The notes under the pieces were generated by a model. It searched no databases, was not told the origin of the DNA, and worked only from the letters and a program-made list of their open reading frames with translations. Below, in pieces: positions 1-9,201 of a stretch of DNA of 40,240 nucleotides (position 1 is the stretch's first letter; the number at the start of each line of letters is the position of its first letter). Position numbers and translations under genes: made by a program. Source of the DNA: Campylobacterales bacterium (lineage in GTDB: Bacteria; Campylobacterota; Campylobacteria; Campylobacterales; Sulfurovaceae); assembly GCA_963583215.1 (NCBI GenBank), contig CAUZVG010000001.1, positions 1 to 40,240 on the forward strand, in the 5' to 3' direction.

Positions 1-908
1 ATACCAATGTCATCTAAAAAAGTTTGGGTTAAGACATTCACTTCTTCCACTGAAAATGAGTCAATTTTAGTGATGGCAATGGCAAATTTACGTGTGGCCA
101 ATGTTTTTGAATAACGCTGTAACTCAATCAAGAGTGTTTCATATTGGTACTTCATTTCTCTATAGTTAGCTGCATCAATCATAAGTAAAAGTGTTTTGGT
201 TCTTTCAATGTGTCTTAAAAACTCTAAACCTAAACCTTTACCATCTGAAGCACCTTCAATAATACCAGGGATATCTGCCATCATAAATGACTCATAATCG
301 CCCATGTGCACCACACCAAGTTTTGGTGTAAGTGTAGTAAACTCATAGTTTGCCACTTGAGGTCTTGCATTAGAAAGTGTCGCAATGAGCGTTGATTTTC
401 CTACATTAGGGTAACCTACAAGTCCAACGTCAGCGATGAGTTTCATCTCTAAACGTATTTCTTTTGTGATACCAGGAAGTCCAGGTTGTGCATACGTAGG
501 TCTTTGGTTAGAAGAAGACTTAAAGTGCATGTTTCCTAAACCACCTTTACCACCTTCTAAAAACATAATGACATCCCCTTCATTGACCAAGTCAAAAAGT
601 TCTTCACCTGTCTCTTGATCTACCACTGTTGTGCCTGGAGGTACAGTAATAATAGTGTCTACACCCTTACGACCATAACATTTACGGCCCTCACCTGGAC
701 GACCATTTTCTGCTTTAATATGTACACGACCTCTAAGTCCGGAGAGTGTATCGGTATTGTTATCTACTTTAAAAAAGACAGAACCACCACGTCCACCATC
801 ACCACCATCTGGACCACCATTAGCAACAAACTTTTCTGTCCAAAAAGAGATGGAACCTGGTCCACCTTTTCCTGACGAAATCATTAAATCAACACTATCT
901 ACAAACAT
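1..908 (-). CDS. obgE: GTPase ObgE/CgtA (3' end runs off the window)
   Basis: Not in the ORF track. Manual translation from ATG at 908: [18 protein letters not shown]...[12 protein letters not shown]...[16 protein letters not shown]...NYEFTTL...[23 protein letters not shown], i.e. the Obg Gly-rich domain plus G1-G3 motifs. Confidence 0.97.
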   Translation of the reverse strand, partial: MFVDSVDLMISSGKGGPGSISFWTEKFVANGGPDGGDGGRGGSVFFKVDNNTDTLSGLRGRVHIKAENGRPGEGRKCYGRKGVDTIITVPPGTTVVDQETGEELFDLVNEGDVIMFLEGGKGGLGNMHFKSSSNQRPTYAQPGLPGITKEIRLEMKLIADVGLVGYPNVGKSTLIATLSNARPQVANYEFTTLTPKLGVVHMGDYESFMMADIPGIIEGASDGKGLGLEFLRHIERTKTLLLMIDAANYREMKYQYETLLIELQRYSKTLATRKFAIAITKIDSFSVEEVNVLTQTFLDDIG

Positions 909-1016
909 ATATACACCTTTAAACTTACTATTACTTACTTGAAATTGCGTGATTATACCCAAATTGGTGAAAATTGTGTTATACTTTTTTTATCATATGC
1001 CAATAAAGGAAGGAAG

Positions 1017-1295
1017 ATGATGAAAGTCAAAACAATAATATTCTTATTACTAAGCACTTCTCTACTGAGCTTAAATGCCGCTCCCAATACAAATCATACA
1101 CAGGTTTATACTTACAATGGTGTCTACTTTGGTGATACTTTTTCACTTAATTCTCAAGAAGGAATTATTGATGGATGTACCACAGCAAAAGGTTCTTATC
1201 AAAAAAATCATACACTGTTTAAACAGAACAAAGATTACAAAAGTGGTTGGTTTTTAGGGCGCAGCAAGTGCCGTACCTTATTGCTCGCAAAATAA
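1017..1295 (+). CDS. Small secreted hypothetical protein (~92 aa, 2 Cys)
   Basis: AAGGAAGGAAG SD precedes ATG at 1017/1020. Signal peptide MKVKTIIFLLLSTSLLSLNA. C-terminal GC...YKSGWFLG..KC. The track's 939 start is probably too long. Confidence 0.7.
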   Translation: MMKVKTIIFLLLSTSLLSLNAAPNTNHTQVYTYNGVYFGDTFSLNSQEGIIDGCTTAKGSYQKNHTLFKQNKDYKSGWFLGRSKCRTLLLAK

Positions 1296-1330
1296 ACTTC
1301 TTTGGAGACCAAGACTTCTTAGTCTAGATT

Positions 1331-2596
1331 TTACTTAGTCTCCATCTCTGCAAATATGCCTTCTTTAGGCAATGTCGCTTCTTCCCCCACTACAGTATTG
1401 GACGCATCAAAACCTAACTCTTTTAACCTCTCCAGTACTGGTGGATGTGTATAGTAAAAGAAAATGACCAAAGGGTGAGACTTTGGAAATGCCTTGTTTT
1501 CTGTCACCAATTTCATCAACGCTGAAACCAAGTTTTCTTTGCCACCCAGAGCTGAACCAAACTCATCTGCCGCGTACTCATTGTGACGACTTACCGCTGA
1601 CATAAAAGGTGTAAAAACAAAAGACAATAGAGGCAAGAGAAGCATCAACATGGCTATTTGTACCCCTGCCTCTGCTAAGACACCCATTTGGGTAAAGAGT
1701 TCCATAGGTAAATGTCCGAAAAGATAAAAAGCAATAAAAAGTAATAGTCCCATAAGCCCAATATTTTTCCAAATATCTCCATGGCTAAAGTGTCCTAGTT
1801 CATGCCCAAGTACGGCAAGTAATTCTTTGGTATTGAGTTTTTCTAAAAGTGTGTCAAAAAGCACCACCCTTTTTGTCTTTCCTAAACCTCCAAAAAATGC
1901 ATTTAAACGGCTGTCACGTTTTGAGGCATCCATGACAAAAATACCATCATTTTTGAGTCCTACTTCTTGCATCATGGCTGAGATTTTCTCTTTAAGTTCT
2001 CCCTCTTCTAAAGGGGAAAACTTGTTAAACAGTGCCATAAAAGTAGGTGCGAGTACATTGGCTAGGACAGCCACGGTAAACATCATTACAAAACCCCAGA
2101 GCCACCAAGAGGTGTAAGAGTCTATAATCCACGCTAGTAAAGCAAATATAGCCCCACCTAAAATAACAAACAAGAGTATGGATTTTAGGCTATCTACAAG
2201 ATACATTTTGAACGTCATTTTATTAAAACCAAAATCTTCATCTATCTTAAACTTCTGATAGAGCTCAAAAGGAAGTCCCACGACAAAATTAACAGCAATA
2301 AAACCAAAAAGAAAGGCAACGGCTTGCATAAGGGTAGATTCAAGGTATATCTGTGTATTTAGCCAAGCAAAACCTGCAGTCACCCACCAAATAAACATGA
2401 GGTAGTCCACAAAAGTAGACACAAGTTCTACTTTGCCATTAGCCACGGCATAATTTCCTGCTATGAGGTATTTCTCCGCAGACATGAGTACGGGTGTTTT
2501 ACGTTTCTCTTCATTGATGTAAGCAATTTGCATAAAAGAGATATAAATTTTCATAAAGGTATAAAGGGTATATAAAATAATAAGGGTTTGTAACAT
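1331..2596 (-). CDS. M48 family (Ste24-like) integral membrane zinc metalloprotease
   Basis: Multiple TM helices, HELGH zinc motif, SRHNEYAAD, THPP..ER. Confidence 0.93.
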   Translation of the reverse strand: MLQTLIILYTLYTFMKIYISFMQIAYINEEKRKTPVLMSAEKYLIAGNYAVANGKVELVSTFVDYLMFIWWVTAGFAWLNTQIYLESTLMQAVAFLFGFIAVNFVVGLPFELYQKFKIDEDFGFNKMTFKMYLVDSLKSILLFVILGGAIFALLAWIIDSYTSWWLWGFVMMFTVAVLANVLAPTFMALFNKFSPLEEGELKEKISAMMQEVGLKNDGIFVMDASKRDSRLNAFFGGLGKTKRVVLFDTLLEKLNTKELLAVLGHELGHFSHGDIWKNIGLMGLLLFIAFYLFGHLPMELFTQMGVLAEAGVQIAMLMLLLPLLSFVFTPFMSAVSRHNEYAADEFGSALGGKENLVSALMKLVTENKAFPKSHPLVIFFYYTHPPVLERLKELGFDASNTVVGEEATLPKEGIFAEMETK

Positions 2597-2636
2597 ACGG
2601 TGCCTTGTGTGATTTTCTAGAAGAAATATACCAAAT

Positions 2637-2657
2637 CAAGGCTTAAATTGCTATAAT
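2637..2657 (+). repeat. 21-bp direct repeat, copy 1 (CAAGGCTTAAATTGCTATAAT), containing the extended -10 upstream of the DGC
   Basis: Identical to 4180..4200; ends in TGCTATAAT. Confidence 0.9.
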
Positions 2658-2736
2658 ATTTAAAAGAGGATGAATTCTTTGGGTTTTTCAGAGACTTAAC
2701 TTACATTAGCATTTAGACATAAGGAGTGGATGGAAG

Positions 2737-3843
2737 ATGTTGTATGATAAACAAGACAGTGTCATCAACCCTCCTGCTATTGATTTTCAAGATAAAGCTA
2801 AAAAAGAAAAATTTGACCTCTGGATGATTAAGTCAAATTTACTACAGATACGACTTGTTTCTGCACTCACTGGCTTACTATATATGATTTCTGCACTCAT
2901 AAACAGCCTGGTCGTATCAGGTGATATATTAGCCATAATGATAACCATACACCTCTATGTCATGCCTCCCTTTCTCTTTTTGATCTCTCTTATGACATTT
3001 AAGAAAGATCTCTACAGACTCTTCATCTTCTTACTGATGTTATCACCTGTAGTAGCAACGATAGGAAACTTGCTCATCACTTCAAAACTGGAAGACCCCG
3101 CGCTTTATATGACAGAGCTCTATCTGATTATCTTCTGGATATTTACGGTATCTGGACTACGTTTATGGCAGGCTACACTCTCTGCTATGACTACTGTTGT
3201 CGTTATTTTTTCTGTCACCTACTTTTTCTTTTCTCTTTCATTAGAATCTTTTGTCATGCACTGCTTCTGGATGCTTGCAGCATTCTCTTTTGGATTTTTA
3301 GCTGCATATCTTTTAGAGAAATCCTACAAAGAAGTATTTTCTACCCATGAGCAACTCACACAATTGGCCATGACCGATACACTGACAGGGTTATATAACC
3401 GTGCGAAACTGGATGAATTACTGCAAGATGAATTAAATCGTTCAAAGCAATTTCATCATACATTCGGATTGGCGATTATGGATTTAGACAACTTTAAAAA
3501 GATTAATGATACCTATGGACATCAAGTTGGAGATACGATCTTAAAAGAGATCGGAAAGATTATCACTGAAACACTACATTCAACAGATAAAGTAATTCGT
3601 TGGGGTGGAGAAGAGTTCTTACTTATTTACCTAGTAAAAAACCAGAAAGAAGTATTGAAACGTATTGAAGAACTGCGTCTACATATAGAGGAACATCTTT
3701 TTCCCATCTCAAGTACAATTACAGCAAGTTTTGGACTGACACTCTACAGTAAAGATGATACGATTGATTCTATTATACAAAGAGCCGATAATGCTCTTTA
3801 TATTGCGAAAAATAATGGCAGGAACTGTACAGAGTTCAACTAA
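2737..3843 (+). CDS. Membrane-bound diguanylate cyclase (GGEEF)
   Basis: N-terminal multi-TM region; D.LTGLYNR, DLDNFKKINDTYGH..GD, RWGGEEF, RADNALY.AK..GRN. AAGGAG upstream. Confidence 0.93.
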   Translation: MLYDKQDSVINPPAIDFQDKAKKEKFDLWMIKSNLLQIRLVSALTGLLYMISALINSLVVSGDILAIMITIHLYVMPPFLFLISLMTFKKDLYRLFIFLLMLSPVVATIGNLLITSKLEDPALYMTELYLIIFWIFTVSGLRLWQATLSAMTTVVVIFSVTYFFFSLSLESFVMHCFWMLAAFSFGFLAAYLLEKSYKEVFSTHEQLTQLAMTDTLTGLYNRAKLDELLQDELNRSKQFHHTFGLAIMDLDNFKKINDTYGHQVGDTILKEIGKIITETLHSTDKVIRWGGEEFLLIYLVKNQKEVLKRIEELRLHIEEHLFPISSTITASFGLTLYSKDDTIDSIIQRADNALYIAKNNGRNCTEFN

Positions 3844-3854
3844 AGTATCTGACC

Positions 3855-3989
3855 TTATGAGTTCTTCTCGTTATGGTCATCAATTTTTTCTTCTGCATCT
3901 GCAACTTTCTTTGAAAACATATCTACATCAATAAGAAGTGTACCAGCAACCCCAATTACAATACCTATACCTATATAAACAAACTCCAT
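3855..3989 (-). CDS. 44-aa single-TM small protein (below the ORF-track cutoff)
   Basis: MEFVYIGIGIVIGVAGTLLIDVDMFSKKVADAEEKIDDHNEKNS*. AAAGGA SD 5 nt before ATG; TGTTATACT -10-like site further upstream. Confidence 0.75.
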   Translation of the reverse strand: MEFVYIGIGIVIGVAGTLLIDVDMFSKKVADAEEKIDDHNEKNS

Positions 3990-4179
3990 GACAATCCTTT
4001 TATACTTTTAATTAAACCCTTCAGGTTTATACTTATAGTATAACATAAATTTTATTTTGTATCTTCATGGAATCAACAACTTGGAACCAATAGTATGGGG
4101 TATGAATCGGATTTAAATTTATTGCTGAGACGTGACTCATAATAAATTATTGAACCCTCTGATGAACCTAGATACTTCA

Positions 4180-4200
4180 CAAGGCTTAAATTGCTATAAT
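4180..4200 (+). repeat. 21-bp direct repeat, copy 2; sigma70 extended -10 promoter of the ABC-F gene
   Basis: Identical to 2637..2657; TGCTATAAT ends 37 nt before the GTG start, which has an AAGGA SD. Confidence 0.9.
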
Positions 4201-4237
4201 TGCGACAATATATACTAATAAGTACTAAGGAATTTTA

Positions 4238-6175
4238 GTGGCACTTGTAGACCTCTTTAACATCAAAAAACAATACGACATAAAACTTCTTCTCAATGAT
4301 GTGAACTTTCATCTTAATGAAGGAGAACGTGTCACGATTGTTGGGCAAAATGGCAGTGGAAAATCGACCTTAATGAAAATCATAATGGGAGAAGAAGAAC
4401 CTACAGAGGGTAAACGTGTCATTAATTCAAACATACATATTGAAATGCTTTCACAACAACCACACTTTGACCCTACACTTACTGTACGTGATGCCATACT
4501 CAATGAACTGACCGAACTAAAAACGGCTAAAGATGAGTATGATAAACTGAGCCTTGCTGTTGCTGAGGATTATGAAAATGAAGCCTTACTCTCTCGGTTA
4601 GAAAAAGTTTCTACCTTTCTTGACCACCATAATGCTTGGAGTTTAGATGACAAAATTGAACGTGCGATGCAAGAGTTTCATCTTAAAGCGTATGAAGACA
4701 GACCAGTAGTTTCACTCTCAGGAGGGGAACAAAGACGTGTTGCTTTGGCCTCACTCATACTCAAAAAACCTGATGTTCTTTTACTCGATGAGCCAACCAA
4801 CCACCTTGATGTTTACATGGTTGAGTTTTTAGAAGAGATCTTGCTCAAAGAGAACTTTACCCTACTTTTCATTTCACATGACAGGCACTTCATTGATACC
4901 ATTGCCACACGTGTGGTTGAAGTAGATAACCAAGAGCTTGTCTCTTACACTGGTGGGTATATGGCCTACCTTGAACAAAAAGAAGCCCGTATGCATGCAC
5001 TTAAAAAAGGTCATGACAACCTCTTGCGGATGCTTAAACAAGAAGAAGCATGGCTCTCAAAAGGTGTAAAAGCCAGAGAAAAACGTAACCAAGGGCGTAA
5101 AAAACGTGTATTTGAATTGCGTGATGAAGCCAAAAAGAACCCTACACTCATCCGTAAAATGATGGTGGAACTGGAACGTGAGAAACAACACTTCAACCGT
5201 GATGAAGGTGTCTCTCGTAAAAAAATGCTTTTTGAGTTAGAAAACATGTCTTACTCCGTCCCTGGAAAAAAGCTTATAGAAAACTTCACAACACGCATCT
5301 TACAAAAAGACAAAATAGCCATTGTAGGCATCAATGGTGCGGGGAAATCTACCCTTCTTAAACTCATGTTGGGACGTATTAAACCTGACTCTGGTGTCAT
5401 AAAACAAGGTGACTTTGCTTTAGGGTATTTTGATCAGCATAGAGAAATGTTGGATGATAACAAAACCCTCATAGAAACCTTTTGTCCTGATGGTGGAGAT
5501 CAAATAGACGTACAAGGTGTGAACTTTCATGTCTTTGGCTACCTTAAATCTTTTCTTTTTCCTAAAGAGTTTTTGAACAAAAAAGTAGGCATGCTCTCTG
5601 GTGGAGAAAAAAACCGTGTGGCCCTTGCTCTGCTTCTATCTAAAAAAGTAGACTGTCTCATACTTGATGAGCCTACCAATGATTTGGACATCCAAACCAT
5701 TAACATTTTAGAAGAAAAACTCATCAACTTCCCTGGAGCCATTCTCTTTGTCTCCCATGACCGCTACTTTATAGACAAAATAGCCTCTAAACTTTTTATT
5801 TTTAAAGGTGAAGGTGTGGTAGAAGAGTCTTACCAAACCTATACAGAGTACTTGGAAATAGAAAAAGAGATGAAAGAGTTAGACAACTTAGAAAAAGAAG
5901 TCAAAACATCTGCTAAAAAAGTAGAAGTGATGAAAGAGAAGAAACAGACAAAACTCTCTTACAAAGAACAACAAGCCTATGACAATTTACCTGATGAAAT
6001 AGAAGCACTTGAAAGTAAAATAGCCCAGATTAATGTCTGTTTGTATGACCCCAAATGTTATGAAGAACAAGGGCTTACAAACCTTACAGAAGAGCTTGCA
6101 ACACTAGAAGCTGAGTATGAAGAAAAAACAGATACGTATTTGGAAGTACTTGAGATTTTTGAATCTCTAAACTAA
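4238..6175 (+). CDS. uup: ABC-F family ATPase (Uup-like)
   Basis: Two ABC domains (GQNGSGKST, LSGGE, LDEPTNHLD; GINGAGKST, LSGGEK, LDEPTNDLD), no TM segments, Uup-type C-terminal KLSYKEQ coiled coil. Confidence 0.88.
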   Translation: MALVDLFNIKKQYDIKLLLNDVNFHLNEGERVTIVGQNGSGKSTLMKIIMGEEEPTEGKRVINSNIHIEMLSQQPHFDPTLTVRDAILNELTELKTAKDEYDKLSLAVAEDYENEALLSRLEKVSTFLDHHNAWSLDDKIERAMQEFHLKAYEDRPVVSLSGGEQRRVALASLILKKPDVLLLDEPTNHLDVYMVEFLEEILLKENFTLLFISHDRHFIDTIATRVVEVDNQELVSYTGGYMAYLEQKEARMHALKKGHDNLLRMLKQEEAWLSKGVKAREKRNQGRKKRVFELRDEAKKNPTLIRKMMVELEREKQHFNRDEGVSRKKMLFELENMSYSVPGKKLIENFTTRILQKDKIAIVGINGAGKSTLLKLMLGRIKPDSGVIKQGDFALGYFDQHREMLDDNKTLIETFCPDGGDQIDVQGVNFHVFGYLKSFLFPKEFLNKKVGMLSGGEKNRVALALLLSKKVDCLILDEPTNDLDIQTINILEEKLINFPGAILFVSHDRYFIDKIASKLFIFKGEGVVEESYQTYTEYLEIEKEMKELDNLEKEVKTSAKKVEVMKEKKQTKLSYKEQQAYDNLPDEIEALESKIAQINVCLYDPKCYEEQGLTNLTEELATLEAEYEEKTDTYLEVLEIFESLN

Positions 6176-6195
6176 GAAAAAACTTTAGGCTAAAG

Positions 6196-6225
6196 TATTG
6201 GTAAAAGCTTAAGCTTTTACCAATA
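6196..6225. terminator. Perfect 30-bp palindrome between convergent genes (probable bidirectional terminator)
   Basis: TATTGGTAAAAGCTT|AAGCTTTTACCAATA; overlaps the stop codon of the LysM/3D gene. Confidence 0.65.
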
Positions 6226-7347
6226 AATCACGACAGAGCGTCTACCCCAACGAAGTGCTCTTCTTCTGTCAAGTCCCATATAAATATCGATACGTTTTTT
6301 GTAGCGTTTATTCATTTTATCACGTACTCTGTAGTAGCCACGAAGTCCTGCGATACGTACCTTTGTACCATTTCTCATACCATAGCGTGTTAACATATCA
6401 CGAGAAACTGCGATGCTTTTTACCCCAGGTCTTAAACGGTTGTTCCATGCTGCTAAAAATGGTGTAGCATCGGTTTGGGCTCTGTGAGATGTATATGCTG
6501 TGGCAGTCACACGTAGGCTATGTTTACCAAAAGCTTTGATGTCTAACTTGGCACGTCTGGCTTCTTTTTCAAGGCGTTTTCTTTTGTATTCTAGCTCAGC
6601 CAAAACATAAGGGAAAGGGAGTTTTAACACTTTACCTGTACGTACCCTGGTTGCATCTTTTATGTTGTTAAACTTCACAATGGCTTTGGCTGAAAGTCCA
6701 AACTTATGTGCAATGGAAATAAGCGTATCTCTTTCTTGTACGGTGTAACAGCCTGAGGCAAGTACATCGATGCGTGCCTGTTCTAAAGGGAGTTTTAACT
6801 TCTTTCCTATACGTAAGGTTGACTTAGGCGTCATCTCATTCATTTGAGCTAAGTCTTTGACAGAGAGTCCAAACTTCTTTGCCAATTTTGACAGCACATC
6901 ACCAGAAGCCACACAATAGTTTCCATAGTTAGGTTCATCCTCTATTTCTATAGGAAGTGCAGGAATCTTAGGAGAAAGTCCCGTGATATCTATCTTTTTT
7001 TCTACGGTTTCATTTAACACTTCAACCTGTAAAGTATCAGAATCAGACCCAACAAAACGTATAGGTGCTTCAATGTGCACATATTTTTCTATCATATCTT
7101 CTACAGAGATGACTTTCACAAAAGCTTTTTTAGGGACAGGAAGATTTTTTACAATAATGAGTTTTTGTCTGTCTAATTCGTAAGAGACTTTTTTTACGTG
7201 GTGTAAGCGTTTACCATATGGGTTACATTCAGAAATACCCCCAGTTACTACACGACAGTCAATCAGAGCTTGAGCTTCAATGGAGCTAACAGTAATAAGG
7301 GCTAAAAGAAGGTATTTTATATAATTTCCAGACATACGATATGTCAC
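6217..7347 (-). CDS. Secreted LysM x2 + 3D-domain (MltA-like) peptidoglycan-active protein
   Basis: Signal peptide; two LysM repeats (YCVASGDVLSKLAKKFG..., YTVQERDTLISIAHKFG...); 3D motif VTATAYTS...IAVSRD...VRD...IDIYM. Start could be 7335. Confidence 0.88.
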   Translation of the reverse strand: MTYRMSGNYIKYLLLALITVSSIEAQALIDCRVVTGGISECNPYGKRLHHVKKVSYELDRQKLIIVKNLPVPKKAFVKVISVEDMIEKYVHIEAPIRFVGSDSDTLQVEVLNETVEKKIDITGLSPKIPALPIEIEDEPNYGNYCVASGDVLSKLAKKFGLSVKDLAQMNEMTPKSTLRIGKKLKLPLEQARIDVLASGCYTVQERDTLISIAHKFGLSAKAIVKFNNIKDATRVRTGKVLKLPFPYVLAELEYKRKRLEKEARRAKLDIKAFGKHSLRVTATAYTSHRAQTDATPFLAAWNNRLRPGVKSIAVSRDMLTRYGMRNGTKVRIAGLRGYYRVRDKMNKRYKKRIDIYMGLDRRRALRWGRRSVVIYW

Positions 7348-7348
7348 A

Positions 7349-8815
7349 CTATAAAAAGCGTAACATCTCTCCTTCTATATCCTCTTTTTGAACAACAGCT
7401 GTGTGTATCACAGGTTTAGCGAAAAGGCCTTTAATCATAGCAGGTACACTTACATTAGTGTTTTCACTTACCCATTTAAGTGCGTGGGTGTCATCTTTGA
7501 CTTCATGACCTAAAGCTTTGGCCACAGAAGGCGAAAACTTTGTCCATTCAGCCGTTGAATAAACCACTGTTTTTAACTTCTTCCCTCTTAAGGTCTCATA
7601 CGCCTTCATACACGTTGCAGTGTGAGGGTCCATAATATAACCTTTTTTAGCATAAGCACCCACCACGGCTTCACACTCTGCATCATCAGAGAAAGAAGCA
7701 GCAAAGTCTTCACGCAGGGAAGCAAGTTCTGCTTCTGTTAATCGAAACTTACCTTCTGTTGCCAAAGCATCCATAAGTTCTTTGGTACGTGTTGCGCCAA
7801 ATTTGTCAAACATGATACGCTCAATATTGGAAGATTTTAAGATGTCCATTGCTGGAGATTCTGTGTGTACCAATTCTCTTGATGTTAAATCATACACACC
7901 TGTCTTGATCCAGTCTGTTAAAATGTTGTTTACATTTGATGAAATAAGGATTTTTTCTATAGGAAGCCCTGCTTTTTTAGCATAATACGCACCCAAAGCA
8001 TTACCAAAATTTCCTGATGGCACGACAAGGTAAATCTTCTCTCCTATGCTAATCTCGTTTTTTCTTACGAGTTCTAGGTAGGAGTGAATATGGTAAATGA
8101 TTTGGAAAATAATACGTCCAAAGTTTACAGAGTTGGCCGCTGAGAGTTTAATGTTACGTGTGGCAAGTTCTGCTTTAAAGTCATCAGAAACCAGTAGCTC
8201 TTTTATCGCATGTTGTGTGTCATCAAAGTTACCTTCAACACCTATAACTTTAAGGTTTGAAGCATCTTCTGTGACCATTTGCAGTCTTTGTACATCTGAC
8301 GTTTTACCATCAGGGTAGAGACAGGCAACTTGTACACCCTCTTGGTTTTTAAACGTTTCTAAAGTAGCAGGTCCTGTATCTCCAGAAGTGGCTGCCATAA
8401 TGAGGTAATGTTCCCCACGTTTTTGAGCCAATTTGGAAAGCACGTAACCAAAAGGTTGTAAAGCCATATCTTTAAAGGCACGTGTTGGACCATGGTAAAG
8501 TTCTGCTACAAAACAATCTTCTTCCACTTGAGTCAGTGGTACAGGATTACTAGGGTCATCAAAAGCATCGTATCTGCTTAATGCTGCTTCGAGTACCTCT
8601 TTTTCAATATCAATGCCGAAGTTTGTTAAAAAGTCTAAGGCCAATGTTTTGTAGTGTGAAGAGAGATGACCTTCTAAAAAGGCTGTATCTAAGTTTGGTA
8701 ATTTTTCAGGCACATAAAGCCCACCAAAACTGGCACTTGGACTCAATATCGCTTCTGAAAATGGCACAGATAATGGTTTTTGTCCGTCATTTCCCCGTGT
8801 CTCTATAAATTGCAT
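7349..8815 (-). CDS. thrC: Threonine synthase
   Basis: ELYHGPTRAFKDMAL (PLP lysine), ATSGDTG, ANSVNFGR, VPSGNFGN. Confidence 0.96.
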   Translation of the reverse strand: MQFIETRGNDGQKPLSVPFSEAILSPSASFGGLYVPEKLPNLDTAFLEGHLSSHYKTLALDFLTNFGIDIEKEVLEAALSRYDAFDDPSNPVPLTQVEEDCFVAELYHGPTRAFKDMALQPFGYVLSKLAQKRGEHYLIMAATSGDTGPATLETFKNQEGVQVACLYPDGKTSDVQRLQMVTEDASNLKVIGVEGNFDDTQHAIKELLVSDDFKAELATRNIKLSAANSVNFGRIIFQIIYHIHSYLELVRKNEISIGEKIYLVVPSGNFGNALGAYYAKKAGLPIEKILISSNVNNILTDWIKTGVYDLTSRELVHTESPAMDILKSSNIERIMFDKFGATRTKELMDALATEGKFRLTEAELASLREDFAASFSDDAECEAVVGAYAKKGYIMDPHTATCMKAYETLRGKKLKTVVYSTAEWTKFSPSVAKALGHEVKDDTHALKWVSENTNVSVPAMIKGLFAKPVIHTAVVQKEDIEGEMLRFL

Positions 8816-9076
8816 CTAAATTCCTATGTTTAATATAAATATAATTATAGCCAAAGAAGCTAAGACTATTATGTTTCAAAGTGAGGGTAAAAGGGGAAAA
8901 TAAAAATTGTATAAATAAGCATCTAATGTCTACCTGTACTACATCCATAAGAGCAGAAGAGTGTAATTAGGGAAAAGAATGTCAACTATTACAAACGAAT
9001 AAGAACAGACAGAACATTAAATACTTAATTTAATAGGAGTTGGAAAACTATCTAAAAGATAGAAGTTAAACTCTGC

Positions 9077-9153
9077 TATTGGTAGTCTGGCTATCTACTA
9101 GAGATCCATGGACTTTCCGTACCCACCTCGCGATGAACTTGGCTTTTTCAATA
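9077..9153 (-). ncRNA. c-di-GMP-I (GEMM-I) riboswitch aptamer
   Basis: Minus strand reads UAUUG AAAAA G CC AA GUUCAUC GCGA GGUGGGU AC GG AAAGUC CAUGG AUCU cuagu AGAU AGCCA GACU AC CAAUA. P1 = UAUUG/CAAUA; P2 has a GNRA (GCGA) loop; P3 has the receptor region; equivalents of Vc2 G20, A47 and C92 are present. Confidence 0.88.
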
Positions 9154-9201
9154 CGTTTAACCGTATGAAAATATCCTACACCACTTAACTTAAATCTTTA
9201 C

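Noticed and set aside
436-942. Three short plus-strand ORFs in the track
   Set aside because: They are antisense shadows of obgE. The same applies to the many 60-160-aa track ORFs overlapping recognised genes or rnpB (e.g. 11154..11534, 33932..34183, 34918..35400).
8982-9017. Possible peptide ORF controlled by the riboswitch (MFCLFLFVCNS)
   Set aside because: Only 11 codons and no SD.
9077-9153. Riboswitch as a c-AMP-GMP-sensing GEMM-Ib variant
   Set aside because: The position equivalent to Vc2 nucleotide 20 is G, not A, which points to c-di-GMP.
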